A program made the position numbers and the translations under genes. Shown in pieces: positions 27,721-36,176 of a stretch of 50,323 nt of DNA (positions are counted from its first letter, which is position 1; every line of letters starts with the position of its first letter). Source of the stretch: a virus (lineage: Duplodnaviria > Caudoviricetes); IMG/VR virus record IMGVR_UViG_3300036825_000149, positions 1 through 50,323 of that record. One strand, given 5' to 3'. The notes beneath the pieces are model-generated. The model did not search any database and was not told the origin of the DNA. It was given only the letters and a program-made list of their open reading frames with translations.

Positions 27721-28720
27721 CAGTATTTAACGGTTGAAGCTGGTAATCCTCTTCAGGAACTACCGGCACGGCGGGTTTATTCGCCTCCTTAATTTCAAGG
27801 ATACGAATCAGGGCAGCGCGAGCGGCTTGCTTGCTTTCGGTAAGAACCTCCAGACCGTTTTTAGTCTGCTTCACGCCGAGGTAATACATCAGCTCATCGC
27901 CTTCAAGGTCGCGGGTATCGTTGATAATCATCTGACCCTTACCTTCTCCCTGACAACGAGGGCAATCTGGATTAGGGTCAGCATTATCAATGAAGCCTGT
28001 GCCTCCATCCTCTGGCGGAGTCTTACCGTTATCAGTGGCCTTACTCAGTGCGGCCTCATACTCGTTTTCGTCACGCCACTGATATTTATTTTCTTCCCCC
28101 CAGCAGAAACGACAGTTAACGCGTCTGTACTGAGAAACAAGATTCGGATCCGCACGGGTTATCGCCACCAGCTGATCCACGATTTCATCAAGGTCAGCTG
28201 TGTAACGCTGGCGCATCCTCTTCGCCAGTGCTTTGATGGCACGAGAAACCTTTATATTTCTGTATATCTGCGCAGCACCAAAATGCAGATTTTTTCCTTC
28301 GCATTTATAGCCAGCTTTTTTGTATGCCTCGACTCTGTTTTTTGTTTTTACATACCAGAAGACAAAAAGAGCCTGTTGGTCGGATAACCCGAAATCTCTG
28401 GGTTCAAAACCGAGATCATCCACATCTTCGAACTGATTATCCGCTTCCGCATCTGATACCCGTTCATCACTTAAACGCTGTGACTTTCCAGTTTCCAGCT
28501 TCGGTGTTTCCACTTTTTTTGTTTCCATTTTTTTAGTGGAAACTTTTTTTGTGGAAACCTTCTTCGTGGATTTTTTTTTCTCTCCTTTTATCCAGCCTTC
28601 TTCCCTGACCTTTTTGTTTATCGCTGTATGACTGATTTCGTACTTTCTTCCCAGCTCACGGGCCGATGTACCATCAGTTTCATACTCGCGTCTGATGGCC
28701 CCCCAGTCCGTTTCGTTCAT
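27689..28720 (-). CDS. terS: Terminase small subunit with N-terminal HTH and Zn-finger-like insert
   Basis: DWGAIRREYE HTH, AYKKAGY terS motif, CRFCWG...CPRCQG; overlaps terL start. Confidence 0.9.
   Translation of the reverse strand: MNETDWGAIRREYETDGTSARELGRKYEISHTAINKKVREEGWIKGEKKKSTKKVSTKKVSTKKMETKKVETPKLETGKSQRLSDERVSDAEADNQFEDVDDLGFEPRDFGLSDQQALFVFWYVKTKNRVEAYKKAGYKCEGKNLHFGAAQIYRNIKVSRAIKALAKRMRQRYTADLDEIVDQLVAITRADPNLVSQYRRVNCRFCWGEENKYQWRDENEYEAALSKATDNGKTPPEDGGTGFIDNADPNPDCPRCQGEGKGQMIINDTRDLEGDELMYYLGVKQTKNGLEVLTESKQAARAALIRILEIKEANKPAVPVVPEEDYQLQPLNTDEPTPDNPIL
28491..28558. repeat. 15-bp-phased GTTTCCA / TGGAAAC repeat array inside terS (candidate pac / TerS-binding region)
   Basis: GTTTCCA at 28491, 28506, 28521; inverted TGGAAAC at 28537, 28552; mostly separated by T-tracts. 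Confidence 0.7.
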
Positions 28721-28977
28721 CAGTCACCGCCCTGTTCTTTCTCCCGCCTAAGTAATTCGTGGTAAGCACGCGCATCACCGCTTTTCGCTTTCCGGTATAA
28801 GGCGGCTCTTATCTGTGCCTCTCCCTTTGCCCTGCCTTTGCGTATGGCCTCACGGAAACGAGAAATCTCGCTGCGCTGTTTCTTCAGCTCCGGAAGGTTG
28901 ATATCCAGTACATCGGCAATTTGCTGTTCACTCATCCTGCACGCGGCTAGTGATTCAACTTCGGCATAAGGGATCAT
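28720..28977 (-). CDS. Small HTH-like protein upstream of terS
   Basis: MSEQQIADVLDI helix-turn-helix; FREAIRKGRAKG; overlaps both neighbours. Confidence 0.75.
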   Translation of the reverse strand: MIPYAEVESLAACRMSEQQIADVLDINLPELKKQRSEISRFREAIRKGRAKGEAQIRAALYRKAKSGDARAYHELLRREKEQGGD

Positions 28978-29840
28978 TTTCCACCCCCGATTTTTTCAGG
29001 AGCGGATTTTTTATGTTTCTCACGGAGGATTTTTACTGCGGCATTGTTCCAGCTCACCTGATGATGGATTCGCTTATGGGTTGAGCCCATCAGGGAAATC
29101 TTTACGCATGAGGGTGCGTGCATCACCGAGTAGAAACTTTTAACGTAAGTGCCAGAGGCAAGATAAAGCTCCGTCATACCTCCACCGCTTTTCTGCGTTT
29201 GCTGCTGCAGTAATTGCACAGCACCAATTGTCATAAACAATGCACCGCGGCGCCCGAGCGTTGCATAGGTGCTCACGTCCTCGTTGATTCTCCCCATGAA
29301 GGCAAATGGCCTGTCAGTGGAGCAAATAAAGCTGTTCATGGCCTTACGCTTCAGCCAGGCCGCATTGTTCGAATCTCCGAGGAAATCGCCACCTTGCGCC
29401 ATAGCGATAGTGGTCGCGGGTATGCTGATGTAGTAATCCAACATTGCGCTAATAACATCGTCCAGGTTATCGATCAGCCTGTAGGTACGTTCCAGATTCT
29501 TATCAACTCGAAACTGGAATTCCTTGTAATCGTCATCGAACTGGATGAAGTATTTACAGCCCACTTTTTTCGCCAGTTCAAAACAGGCGTTACGGGCGTA
29601 AAAAATTGAGCGCCTGTCTCCGAAGTTATCCGCTTCATCGAACCGGCTGGCGATATCCTCTTTGGAGAAAACCAGTACTTTATCGCCGAATTTCTCCAGG
29701 TACTGATCACGGGTTTTATCTTCATCATCAATAACGATGAAAATTTTCCCCGTATAACCGGAGCGTTTAAGCAGGTTGTACGTGTAAACTTTTTCTGGCC
29801 GTCCGTTGGTCAGGATGAACGCACAGAAATCATCACGCAT
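28974..29840 (-). CDS. GT-A fold glycosyltransferase, GREB1/TAGT-like (putative DNA-modifying)
   Basis: FILTNGRP, IFIVIDDED, YARN, FIQFDDDY (DxD), GRINEDV, QQTQKSGGG motifs. Confidence 0.78.
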   Translation of the reverse strand: MRDDFCAFILTNGRPEKVYTYNLLKRSGYTGKIFIVIDDEDKTRDQYLEKFGDKVLVFSKEDIASRFDEADNFGDRRSIFYARNACFELAKKVGCKYFIQFDDDYKEFQFRVDKNLERTYRLIDNLDDVISAMLDYYISIPATTIAMAQGGDFLGDSNNAAWLKRKAMNSFICSTDRPFAFMGRINEDVSTYATLGRRGALFMTIGAVQLLQQQTQKSGGGMTELYLASGTYVKSFYSVMHAPSCVKISLMGSTHKRIHHQVSWNNAAVKILREKHKKSAPEKIGGGK

Positions 29841-30618
29841 TTTCGCCCTCTTCGCTGTACACGATTTCGGCCATTTTTTTAGTCAGGTGAACGAAGCCGT
29901 TCTCTATCGCCTTTTCATAGTCGATGATCACCAGTGCAGACTCTTCAAACAAAGCCTGAACCTCTGCCCCCGCGCTGGCGTAATAATCTGCGATTTTGTT
30001 GAAGTTGAAGACCGTGTGACGCTCTGCAGCGCTCAACAGGAACTTCTCCACATCAGCAGGTAAGCCAGCCTTTTTAATCCGTGACTGTAACTCCTTTGTT
30101 TTCTCCTCGTCGTACAGCTCCCCGACCTCAGGAACGATGTCTGACGGCTTGTAAACAGGTGAGTCAATTTTGGTGGTGTACGGGTCGTCATCGCCCCCTG
30201 GCGGATCGATGACCACCAGCAGATCGTCAATCTCCTGTTGGGTGAAGCCCGTCAGGGAAAGATTAAAATCCGCATCCAGCAAATCAGTTACTTCAAGCTT
30301 CAGCAGATCACTATCCCAGCCAGCGTTTAGCGGCAGTCTGTTATCTGTCAGCCGGTAGGCTCGTTTCTGCTCGTCAGTCAGGCCCGTCAGCTTTATCGTC
30401 GGCACAGAGACAATGCCAATGGCCTCAGCAGCCATAACGCGACCATGACCAGCGATGATCTCGCCGTTTTCGTCAATCAATACGGGATTCGTCCAGCCAA
30501 ATTCCTCGATGCTGGCAACCAGTTGCGCTACCTGCTCGCCGCTATGGGTTCGGGCATTTCGCGCATATGGCGTTAGTTCCTTTAACGGGCGATATACGAT
30601 TTTCAGTTTATCGATCAT
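29833..30618 (-). CDS. ParB/Srx N-terminal domain protein with uncharacterised C-terminal domain
   Basis: PYARNARTH, FGWTNPVLID, IIAGHGR, DNRL...W motifs; acidic linker then about 110 aa of novel domain. Confidence 0.85.
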   Translation of the reverse strand: MIDKLKIVYRPLKELTPYARNARTHSGEQVAQLVASIEEFGWTNPVLIDENGEIIAGHGRVMAAEAIGIVSVPTIKLTGLTDEQKRAYRLTDNRLPLNAGWDSDLLKLEVTDLLDADFNLSLTGFTQQEIDDLLVVIDPPGGDDDPYTTKIDSPVYKPSDIVPEVGELYDEEKTKELQSRIKKAGLPADVEKFLLSAAERHTVFNFNKIADYYASAGAEVQALFEESALVIIDYEKAIENGFVHLTKKMAEIVYSEEGENA

Positions 30619-30956
30619 ACAGCTCCGTTCTCACAAGGTGAAAGCCGCTGGCGGTCGTGCGCAGGGTGCGCGGTAGGGAACCACCAGCCGCTCTATATCT
30701 TTACTGAAGAATATCTAAGTTCTTATCCATATTGCCGGGCAAGCATTACAGAAGTCACTAGCTTAGAGCTTGTATAACTCATTCTAATGCACTGAAAAAA
30801 ATAACTAATTAAGCCTTCAATGGTGCAATAGGTTAGCTTTGCTATTGAAATGGTGACGGGATAATTGAGAATGTTGCCGGGGATTGCTATTGGAAAGAAC
30901 AATCCCAAGCCAGAACGCAGTTGGCATATTTTGGCAAGCAAACTAAGAAATCAGCT

Positions 30957-31382
30957 TTAGTTAAACACGAATCTTTCTTCCATTATTGCAAGGCAATGCG
31001 TCATAAGGTTGAATGCGTTAGTGTTACCCGCCAAATATTCCGAATGATCGATAACAAGGCTCGTCCAGTTAGTTGAAACTGTTGAGTTTGATTTTAAAAG
31101 ACCTTCACATGCCATCCACTCAAATGTACATTTACCAAAAGCCCTTTTCAGCTCTTCTATCTCATTGGGTACTGACACGTTCTTAAGTGATTCGGGCATC
31201 TGCGATAATATATACGAATACTCAGTTACCGCTTTCTTAAAATCCAACTTAACCCGTAACTCATCCTGCTTCCTCCACCGAAACATCGCCCAACCAGCAA
31301 CACCAACCGCTGCTGCTGTGAATATTGCTGATATCGCAGCCCAAATTGTTGCCCAAGGCCAGTTAAAAACTGTATGCCACAT
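30957..31382 (-). CDS. Single-TM hypothetical protein (moron)
   Basis: N-terminal hydrophobic helix followed by RWRK; GGAGG RBS; AT-rich. Confidence 0.75.
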   Translation of the reverse strand: MWHTVFNWPWATIWAAISAIFTAAAVGVAGWAMFRWRKQDELRVKLDFKKAVTEYSYILSQMPESLKNVSVPNEIEELKRAFGKCTFEWMACEGLLKSNSTVSTNWTSLVIDHSEYLAGNTNAFNLMTHCLAIMEERFVFN

Positions 31383-31434
31383 AACAACCTCCTTGATTTA
31401 AGGAGGTAATTGTACCTTGGCAGAGGTAGAATTT

Positions 31435-31626
31435 TCAGCAGTTGTTGCGCTTATTTATCACATCACAAACCTCTGAAACCGTTTTTATCCAGCCACAGGT
31501 TCTTTCCACTGTCGTACAACCCATCAATATAAAAGGCACCAGTAAGGTTACCAGTGCCATCTTTGCGCTGCGCCGCGACTGTCTGTGCGTCCTGTGAGGA
31601 CGCTTATTTACAGGGGATTTCAACAC
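31435..31626 (-). CDS. Small lipoprotein in the spanin position
   Basis: Basic n-region, ALVTLLVPFILMG-C lipobox, 27-aa mature part; overlaps endolysin end. Confidence 0.6.
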   Translation of the reverse strand: MLKSPVNKRPHRTHRQSRRSAKMALVTLLVPFILMGCTTVERTCGWIKTVSEVCDVINKRNNC

Positions 31627-32152
31627 GGTTTAGCATCCAGCCAAAAATAAAGTCCTCGTTGGCTTCCCTGGCTTCAGCCAGCTCCAGATAACGGGCGCCC
31701 TGACTTGAATTAAGACCGCGAAGAACGACAGTCTCACCATCCTTTCCACGATGCCGCAGAAGAGCTTTTAACGCGGTGATGGTTCGTGGACCAATTCGCC
31801 CATCGAGATCAAGGTCTGGATAGAGTTTGCCGCGCAGGTTCAGAGCTGATAACCAGCGCTGGAAAAACATACTCGCGACTGACGGGCCCATATTCGCGCC
31901 GGTATCGCAAAGCTCGTCTGCGATTTTCGATGATAGTTCCGCAACCTGATCGAATCGCGGCCCATACCAGTAATCAGCCTCGTAAATAGCGCGAGCCTGT
32001 TTTTTCGTCAGGGAGCGGACGTCACTGTAGCCATGAGCCAGGGCGGTCTTTGCAGTGATCCCCCAATTAGTGGGACCGCCTTTATCAGAAGGATGGTTGA
32101 CGTAACCCGCCTCACGGTCCAGCAGACCATTAATAATTTCATCTTTGTTCAT
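31604..32152 (-). CDS. Endolysin, glycosyl hydrolase family 108 with PG-binding domain
   Basis: REAGYVNHPSDKGGPTNWGIT, DGRIGPRT, FIFGWMLNRV. Confidence 0.93.
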   Translation of the reverse strand: MNKDEIINGLLDREAGYVNHPSDKGGPTNWGITAKTALAHGYSDVRSLTKKQARAIYEADYWYGPRFDQVAELSSKIADELCDTGANMGPSVASMFFQRWLSALNLRGKLYPDLDLDGRIGPRTITALKALLRHRGKDGETVVLRGLNSSQGARYLELAEAREANEDFIFGWMLNRVEIPCK

Positions 32153-32483
32153 CATTGATACCCTTCTTACTAGCAAACAAGGTTACAGCCGCATTAATCA
32201 GAGAACGACATCGGTCCACGCCAGCCCCCCCTACAGCAGCACCGATGACGAAGGACCAGTCCATATCTGAAACGCCCAACTGTTCAAAGAAACTAACCAC
32301 GGCAAGGGCTACGAATCCGCAGATTAGCCCAGCAGTGAATGAGCGCCGCCAAGCCACCCCATCCCACAACGAGAAAAGCAGAGCAATAAAGAAAGCCGTT
32401 AGTGCTCCCTGTAATGCCAGCCTATTCTCATGAATGAAATGAAGTACCGGACCCCAGCCCCCAGGTGGGGTGTAGTTCTGCAT
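32139..32483 (-). CDS. Holin (lambda S-like, 3 TM)
   Basis: Three hydrophobic segments, charged C-terminus, overlaps endolysin start; GGAGG RBS. Confidence 0.85.
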   Translation of the reverse strand: MQNYTPPGGWGPVLHFIHENRLALQGALTAFFIALLFSLWDGVAWRRSFTAGLICGFVALAVVSFFEQLGVSDMDWSFVIGAAVGGAGVDRCRSLINAAVTLFASKKGINDEQR

Positions 32484-32506
32484 GATTCCTCCCAAATTGC
32501 AGGCAT

Positions 32507-32529
32507 AAAAAAACCGCCGTTAGGCGGTT
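32507..32529 (-). terminator. Intrinsic terminator after moron, upstream of holin
   Basis: AACCGCC-loop-GGCGGTT followed by a T-run. Confidence 0.75.
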
Positions 32530-32563
32530 GGAATAAAATGATTCACACTCAATATTTCATCAA

Positions 32564-33229
32564 TCAAGAGATTGACTCAAATCTCACCATTTCCCTATCA
32601 ATAATTTTCTTAATATCGCCAGTCAAAGCACGGTAAATTGGAGTGATTTCGTTTGTATATTGATGGTCGTTATATTGTTTATGTTTATTAACCAACTTAA
32701 CGACATCATCTAATATACCGTAAACAACTGCACTTTCTTCATGTTCTGGTTTTAAAAGCAACTTAATTTTCCATGAATGAGCGCACATTTGTTGAAGATG
32801 ATTAGTTCTCTCATCAACTAAGGACTTCATTTTTTCCTTGTCATGTGTTGCTTGGGCACGCTCTTGATGTATGGAATTAGTTGCGTTCATAACCCCCTGA
32901 AAACTTGCCAAATATAGTGAAGTGGAATCACGTAGATCATTCACCCAATCTTTTCTGTTTGCTGTTACTATTTGTGCTTTAAGTGTTGTATTTGCGAGCT
33001 CACTTTGCTGCGTCAACTGTTTTTCGAGAGAACTAGAATTATGTTTTAACGCAAAATATGCAACCAATGCCGGAATAGCCCCACCTATTAATGCGGCAAT
33101 TATACTATCCGACACAACCGATTTATCTGCATTTTCTATAATAATTTTAGGGATTTGATCTAGTGCCAGCCTAGCATTATAGAAAACTTCCGCACTGCTC
33201 AATTGAAATGGTACACCCAGCCAAGCCAT
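32564..33229 (-). CDS. Single-TM helical hypothetical protein (moron between PR' and holin)
   Basis: TM IIAALIGGAIPALVAYFAL then helical region (NRKDWVNDLR); AT-rich; own terminator. Confidence 0.75.
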   Translation of the reverse strand: MAWLGVPFQLSSAEVFYNARLALDQIPKIIIENADKSVVSDSIIAALIGGAIPALVAYFALKHNSSSLEKQLTQQSELANTTLKAQIVTANRKDWVNDLRDSTSLYLASFQGVMNATNSIHQERAQATHDKEKMKSLVDERTNHLQQMCAHSWKIKLLLKPEHEESAVVYGILDDVVKLVNKHKQYNDHQYTNEITPIYRALTGDIKKIIDREMVRFESIS

Positions 33230-33342
33230 GTTGCCCCCTTTGTTAAAAGAGAATCATACCAGATCAACAAGGAAGCACACTACCCAACAAACCACCCCTG
33301 ATTAGTTGGACGGCGTAATGTGCTTTCCTGAATTTTGGTTGT

Positions 33343-33367
33343 AAAAAAACCCGCTGGCTGCGGGTTT
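33343..33367 (-). terminator. tR'-like terminator downstream of the late promoter
   Basis: AAACCCGC-loop-GCGGGTTT followed by a T-run, about 35 bp downstream of the predicted -10. Confidence 0.75.
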
Positions 33368-33401
33368 ATGCAGTTTTGGCAACTTATCAAAATTGGCCTT
33401 A

Positions 33402-33430
33402 AATATGGCATAAAGTGTCGGGTTTTGCAA
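33402..33430 (-). promoter_or_regulatory. Late promoter PR' (Q-dependent)
   Basis: TTGCAA-17 bp-CATATT with TG extended -10, followed by a short leader and terminator, upstream of lysis genes. Confidence 0.7.
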
Positions 33431-33577
33431 CCCCTCGCCTAGTAGGCAACGTATCCACCCTACTTTGCGCGATACAAATGAAGTAGAATAAAGCATAGGT
33501 TAAAACCTCTCGACAGATGAAGGCAAACTTTCATATTTAAAACGTTGTAATAAGCATAAAAGGGGTCACAGAAAAAT

Positions 33578-34516
33578 ATGTCTCTGCCAGTCCTTTATAA
33601 ATACACCAGTTTTGAAAACGGAATGAAATCCATTCAAAACCAAAAATTCAAATGGTCTTCAATAAAGAAATTCAATGATCCTTTTGAGTCAAGATTCTAC
33701 ACTCAAAACAATATAAATACAAAAGTAAGGCTAGCAGCCTTAACAGCATCTATTAAAGGTGGGTTTTATCTTCCTCCTGACGTAAAGAATTTATTTATCG
33801 AAGCGGAAAAGAAAAGCAAGCTTGAGTTCACAAAAATAACAGAATTATCAGATAAAATTAAAAGAAAAATAAATGAGCATAATAAACTCACTCCAAGCGC
33901 TTATGATGAATTAGAAAGAATAATATGGAATGAAACCAAATCATGTTCTCTTTTAAAACAAATATATGATAAGTCCATTGATTTTTCTAACATGGCTAGA
34001 GAAATGATTGAAAGAGAGTTTGGAATATTGTGCCTTAGCAAATCATTTAACAACCCATTAATGTGGGGGCATTACGCCTCAGATCACGAAGGTATAATGT
34101 TTGAGTTTGACTTCTCTAAAATACCTGAAAAATCAATGCTTTACACAAGCATAAAGAAAGTTCATTATCAGCGAGACTATCCTGAAATGGCTTTTTCAAC
34201 CTTACTCGGTCTAAACAATGAACTTTTCCCCGAGCAAGGTGAAGAATTCATGAGAATTCTCTCATTCACTAAACACGATGCCTGGGAGTATGAACAAGAA
34301 TACAGGTCTCTAGCAAGCAACAACGCACTTGATGAAAATAATCTTTCGCGTATTCCGAAGGAGTGTTTCAAATCGATAACCATTGGTTGCTCTGCTGATA
34401 GCGGCAATGTAGAACTGATAGCAGACTTAGCTAAAAAAGAGTTACCACTTACTAATGTTTATCAGAACCAGCTCGATCCAAAAAATTACAATTTAATCAG
34501 ATCAAAGATAGATTGA
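33578..34516 (+). CDS. DUF2971-family protein (moron, candidate defence protein)
   Basis: LYKY, FNDPFE, LCLS...LMWGHYA...G, K...WEYEQEYR motifs; AT-rich; antisense to late genes. Confidence 0.85.
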   Translation: MSLPVLYKYTSFENGMKSIQNQKFKWSSIKKFNDPFESRFYTQNNINTKVRLAALTASIKGGFYLPPDVKNLFIEAEKKSKLEFTKITELSDKIKRKINEHNKLTPSAYDELERIIWNETKSCSLLKQIYDKSIDFSNMAREMIEREFGILCLSKSFNNPLMWGHYASDHEGIMFEFDFSKIPEKSMLYTSIKKVHYQRDYPEMAFSTLLGLNNELFPEQGEEFMRILSFTKHDAWEYEQEYRSLASNNALDENNLSRIPKECFKSITIGCSADSGNVELIADLAKKELPLTNVYQNQLDPKNYNLIRSKID

Positions 34517-34524
34517 ATACAACG

Positions 34525-34557
34525 ATGCAATAGCTCCATTGCTATTGCATCATTTTT
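34525..34557 (+). terminator. Terminator hairpin between convergent DUF2971 and Q genes
   Basis: GATGCAATAGC-loop-GCTATTGCATC followed by ATTTTT. Confidence 0.7.
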
Positions 34558-35216
34558 CACTTATTCATTAAAATGATATTTAAGGCCTCACAGTCAAGCT
34601 CGCTCACTATTACCTTTAATCGCTCCCAGCCTTTAGAGTAAGTCTGGTACCAAGTATCCCTATGAACAGATAAAAACCCAGCAAGGGCATTTGCTGCGTA
34701 CTCTTTATACAATTCATTCCTGTTTTTTGCGGCTAAATCTTGTACAGCCAGCCAAACGAGAGAAACCATATGACGCTTGACTCTATTTTGAAGCTTAACG
34801 CCATTAAGTTCTTTTTCGTATTTTCCCCAAATGTATTTACAAATTTCTATCTGATAGCAGTAGCGTAAATCATATCCGTAGCAGTAATTAATCCATGCTT
34901 GCTGCGGGGCATCTAGTCTTAGAACGGCTCTACGCCAAGCACACGATGAGAACGCCTGATCCTTTATCGGCGGCATAGGGCGACGACGGCTGCGCGTCTC
35001 CAGGACGTAGAGAGAGCTATTTTCAGCTTTAACGCGACGAACGCCGCCGCGACCGTTATCGAGTTCCACAACGTGTACTTGCTGGCGCGGGTTCCTGTTC
35101 TTATCAGCTGGTGGATGCTCTGCGAACGCCTCCAGTTGGCCTTTGGTGCCGCCTGAGTCATCGACCAGCGCAGTGCGTAGTTGAATGCGTACATATTCCA
35201 GTTGCTGCGCGTTCAT
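34557..35216 (-). CDS. Q: Late-gene antitermination protein Q
   Basis: TKGQLEAF, ETRSRRRPMPPI, SCAWRRAV, YCYGYDL, LVWLAVQD; last gene of the nin-like region. Confidence 0.88.
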   Translation of the reverse strand: MNAQQLEYVRIQLRTALVDDSGGTKGQLEAFAEHPPADKNRNPRQQVHVVELDNGRGGVRRVKAENSSLYVLETRSRRRPMPPIKDQAFSSCAWRRAVLRLDAPQQAWINYCYGYDLRYCYQIEICKYIWGKYEKELNGVKLQNRVKRHMVSLVWLAVQDLAAKNRNELYKEYAANALAGFLSVHRDTWYQTYSKGWERLKVIVSELDCEALNIILMNK

Positions 35217-35512
35217 CTTAACCCCTCATCTCGCCAGATTTTTTGTGTGCGGAGAATTCCTTCAGCGTGCATAAGCCGAAGTTCCTCGTAGGTGTATTCG
35301 TTGGTTTTTACGCGACCGTCGATCACGTCATGACAGGCATTGCAGGAAATAGCACCCTGTTCATCGTCAGGTTTGCATCCGGTACCACACGTACCCGCCA
35401 GCCGATAATGTGCCAGGCAGGAGGTTTCCGGATTGTGGTTGCAGATACCTGGGATGCGAATTGTGCACTCCCTTCCTTGAGCCGCTTTTCGCAAGTTCGG
35501 TTTTCTCTTCAT
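35213..35512 (-). CDS. YbcO/DUF1364-like putative nuclease
   Basis: LRKAAQGRECTIRIPGIC...LAHYR...CNACHD...HAEGILRT. Confidence 0.88.
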   Translation of the reverse strand: MKRKPNLRKAAQGRECTIRIPGICNHNPETSCLAHYRLAGTCGTGCKPDDEQGAISCNACHDVIDGRVKTNEYTYEELRLMHAEGILRTQKIWRDEGLR

Positions 35513-36105
35513 GCAGCGAACTCCAGCAGCTGCATGGCTACGTTGTCGGCTTCCTGATAGTTGCGGAATTTTTTAAAAAGAATGGTGTTCCACAGGACGT
35601 TAAAAACTGCTTTGTAGACCTGGAAAAACTCGGCCTCCGTCATATTTGAAAACGAGATCGATTTTGCCTCTCGGCGAGTGGTGTTATCAGGGAGGATGAA
35701 GGTATCGAAGAAACCAGCCTCAACAACGGCCCACTTTCTGAAAGCTTCGAACGATTTGGTAATTGCCGCCTCTTTCGTTCGCCACTGCCCGTGGGTTTCG
35801 TTGTACACCTTCTCAGTTTCTAAAAGGAGATCGTCATTGCCGGCCATCGAGATCAGATAACGCACGTAACCGTGAAGGTATTCTTTTTCCGCAGGGGTAA
35901 TCGCCCCTCCGGTGGGTGTCCAGTATTCGAACCCAAGATTAAGCAGCGCGAAGAAGCGCTTATGGAAGAGGTAGTTTCGGGCTTGCTTAACGTCGCAGTT
36001 AAGCCACACGCCGATTTTGATACGTTGCAAAAAATCGCTGGCCTCGGGCGTAGCCGTGGTCAGGGTGGTGGGTGAAGATTTAAAGAGTTGTATAATCTGT
36101 GCCAT
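35509..36105 (-). CDS. DUF1367-family nin-region protein
   Basis: RNYLFHKRFFALLNLGFEYW, KSFEAFRKW, KSISFSNM. Confidence 0.85.
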   Translation of the reverse strand: MAQIIQLFKSSPTTLTTATPEASDFLQRIKIGVWLNCDVKQARNYLFHKRFFALLNLGFEYWTPTGGAITPAEKEYLHGYVRYLISMAGNDDLLLETEKVYNETHGQWRTKEAAITKSFEAFRKWAVVEAGFFDTFILPDNTTRREAKSISFSNMTEAEFFQVYKAVFNVLWNTILFKKFRNYQEADNVAMQLLEFAA

Positions 36106-36176
36106 CGTTCTCTCCGGTGGCACAGTGTTTCAGCAGGGTTGTTCAGACCCGATAACTATTATAAATCATAAGTGTA

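Noticed and set aside
27734-28387. Long antisense ORFs over terS, scaffold (23175-23702), recombinase (43001-43558, 44435-44941) and int (49535-50041)
   Set aside because: Shadow frames of well-supported genes with no motifs.
30723-30941. 72-aa minus-strand ORF
   Set aside because: TTG start, no clear RBS, no motif; likely spurious in an AT-rich gap.
30957-31382. Possible i-spanin
   Set aside because: Basic residues follow the TM (suggesting a cytoplasmic C-terminus), it lies downstream of the lipoprotein, and composition is moron-like.
32484-33577. tRNA genes or toxin genes commonly located between Q and lysis genes
   Set aside because: No cloverleaf or T-arm motif seen; only morons, promoter and terminators.
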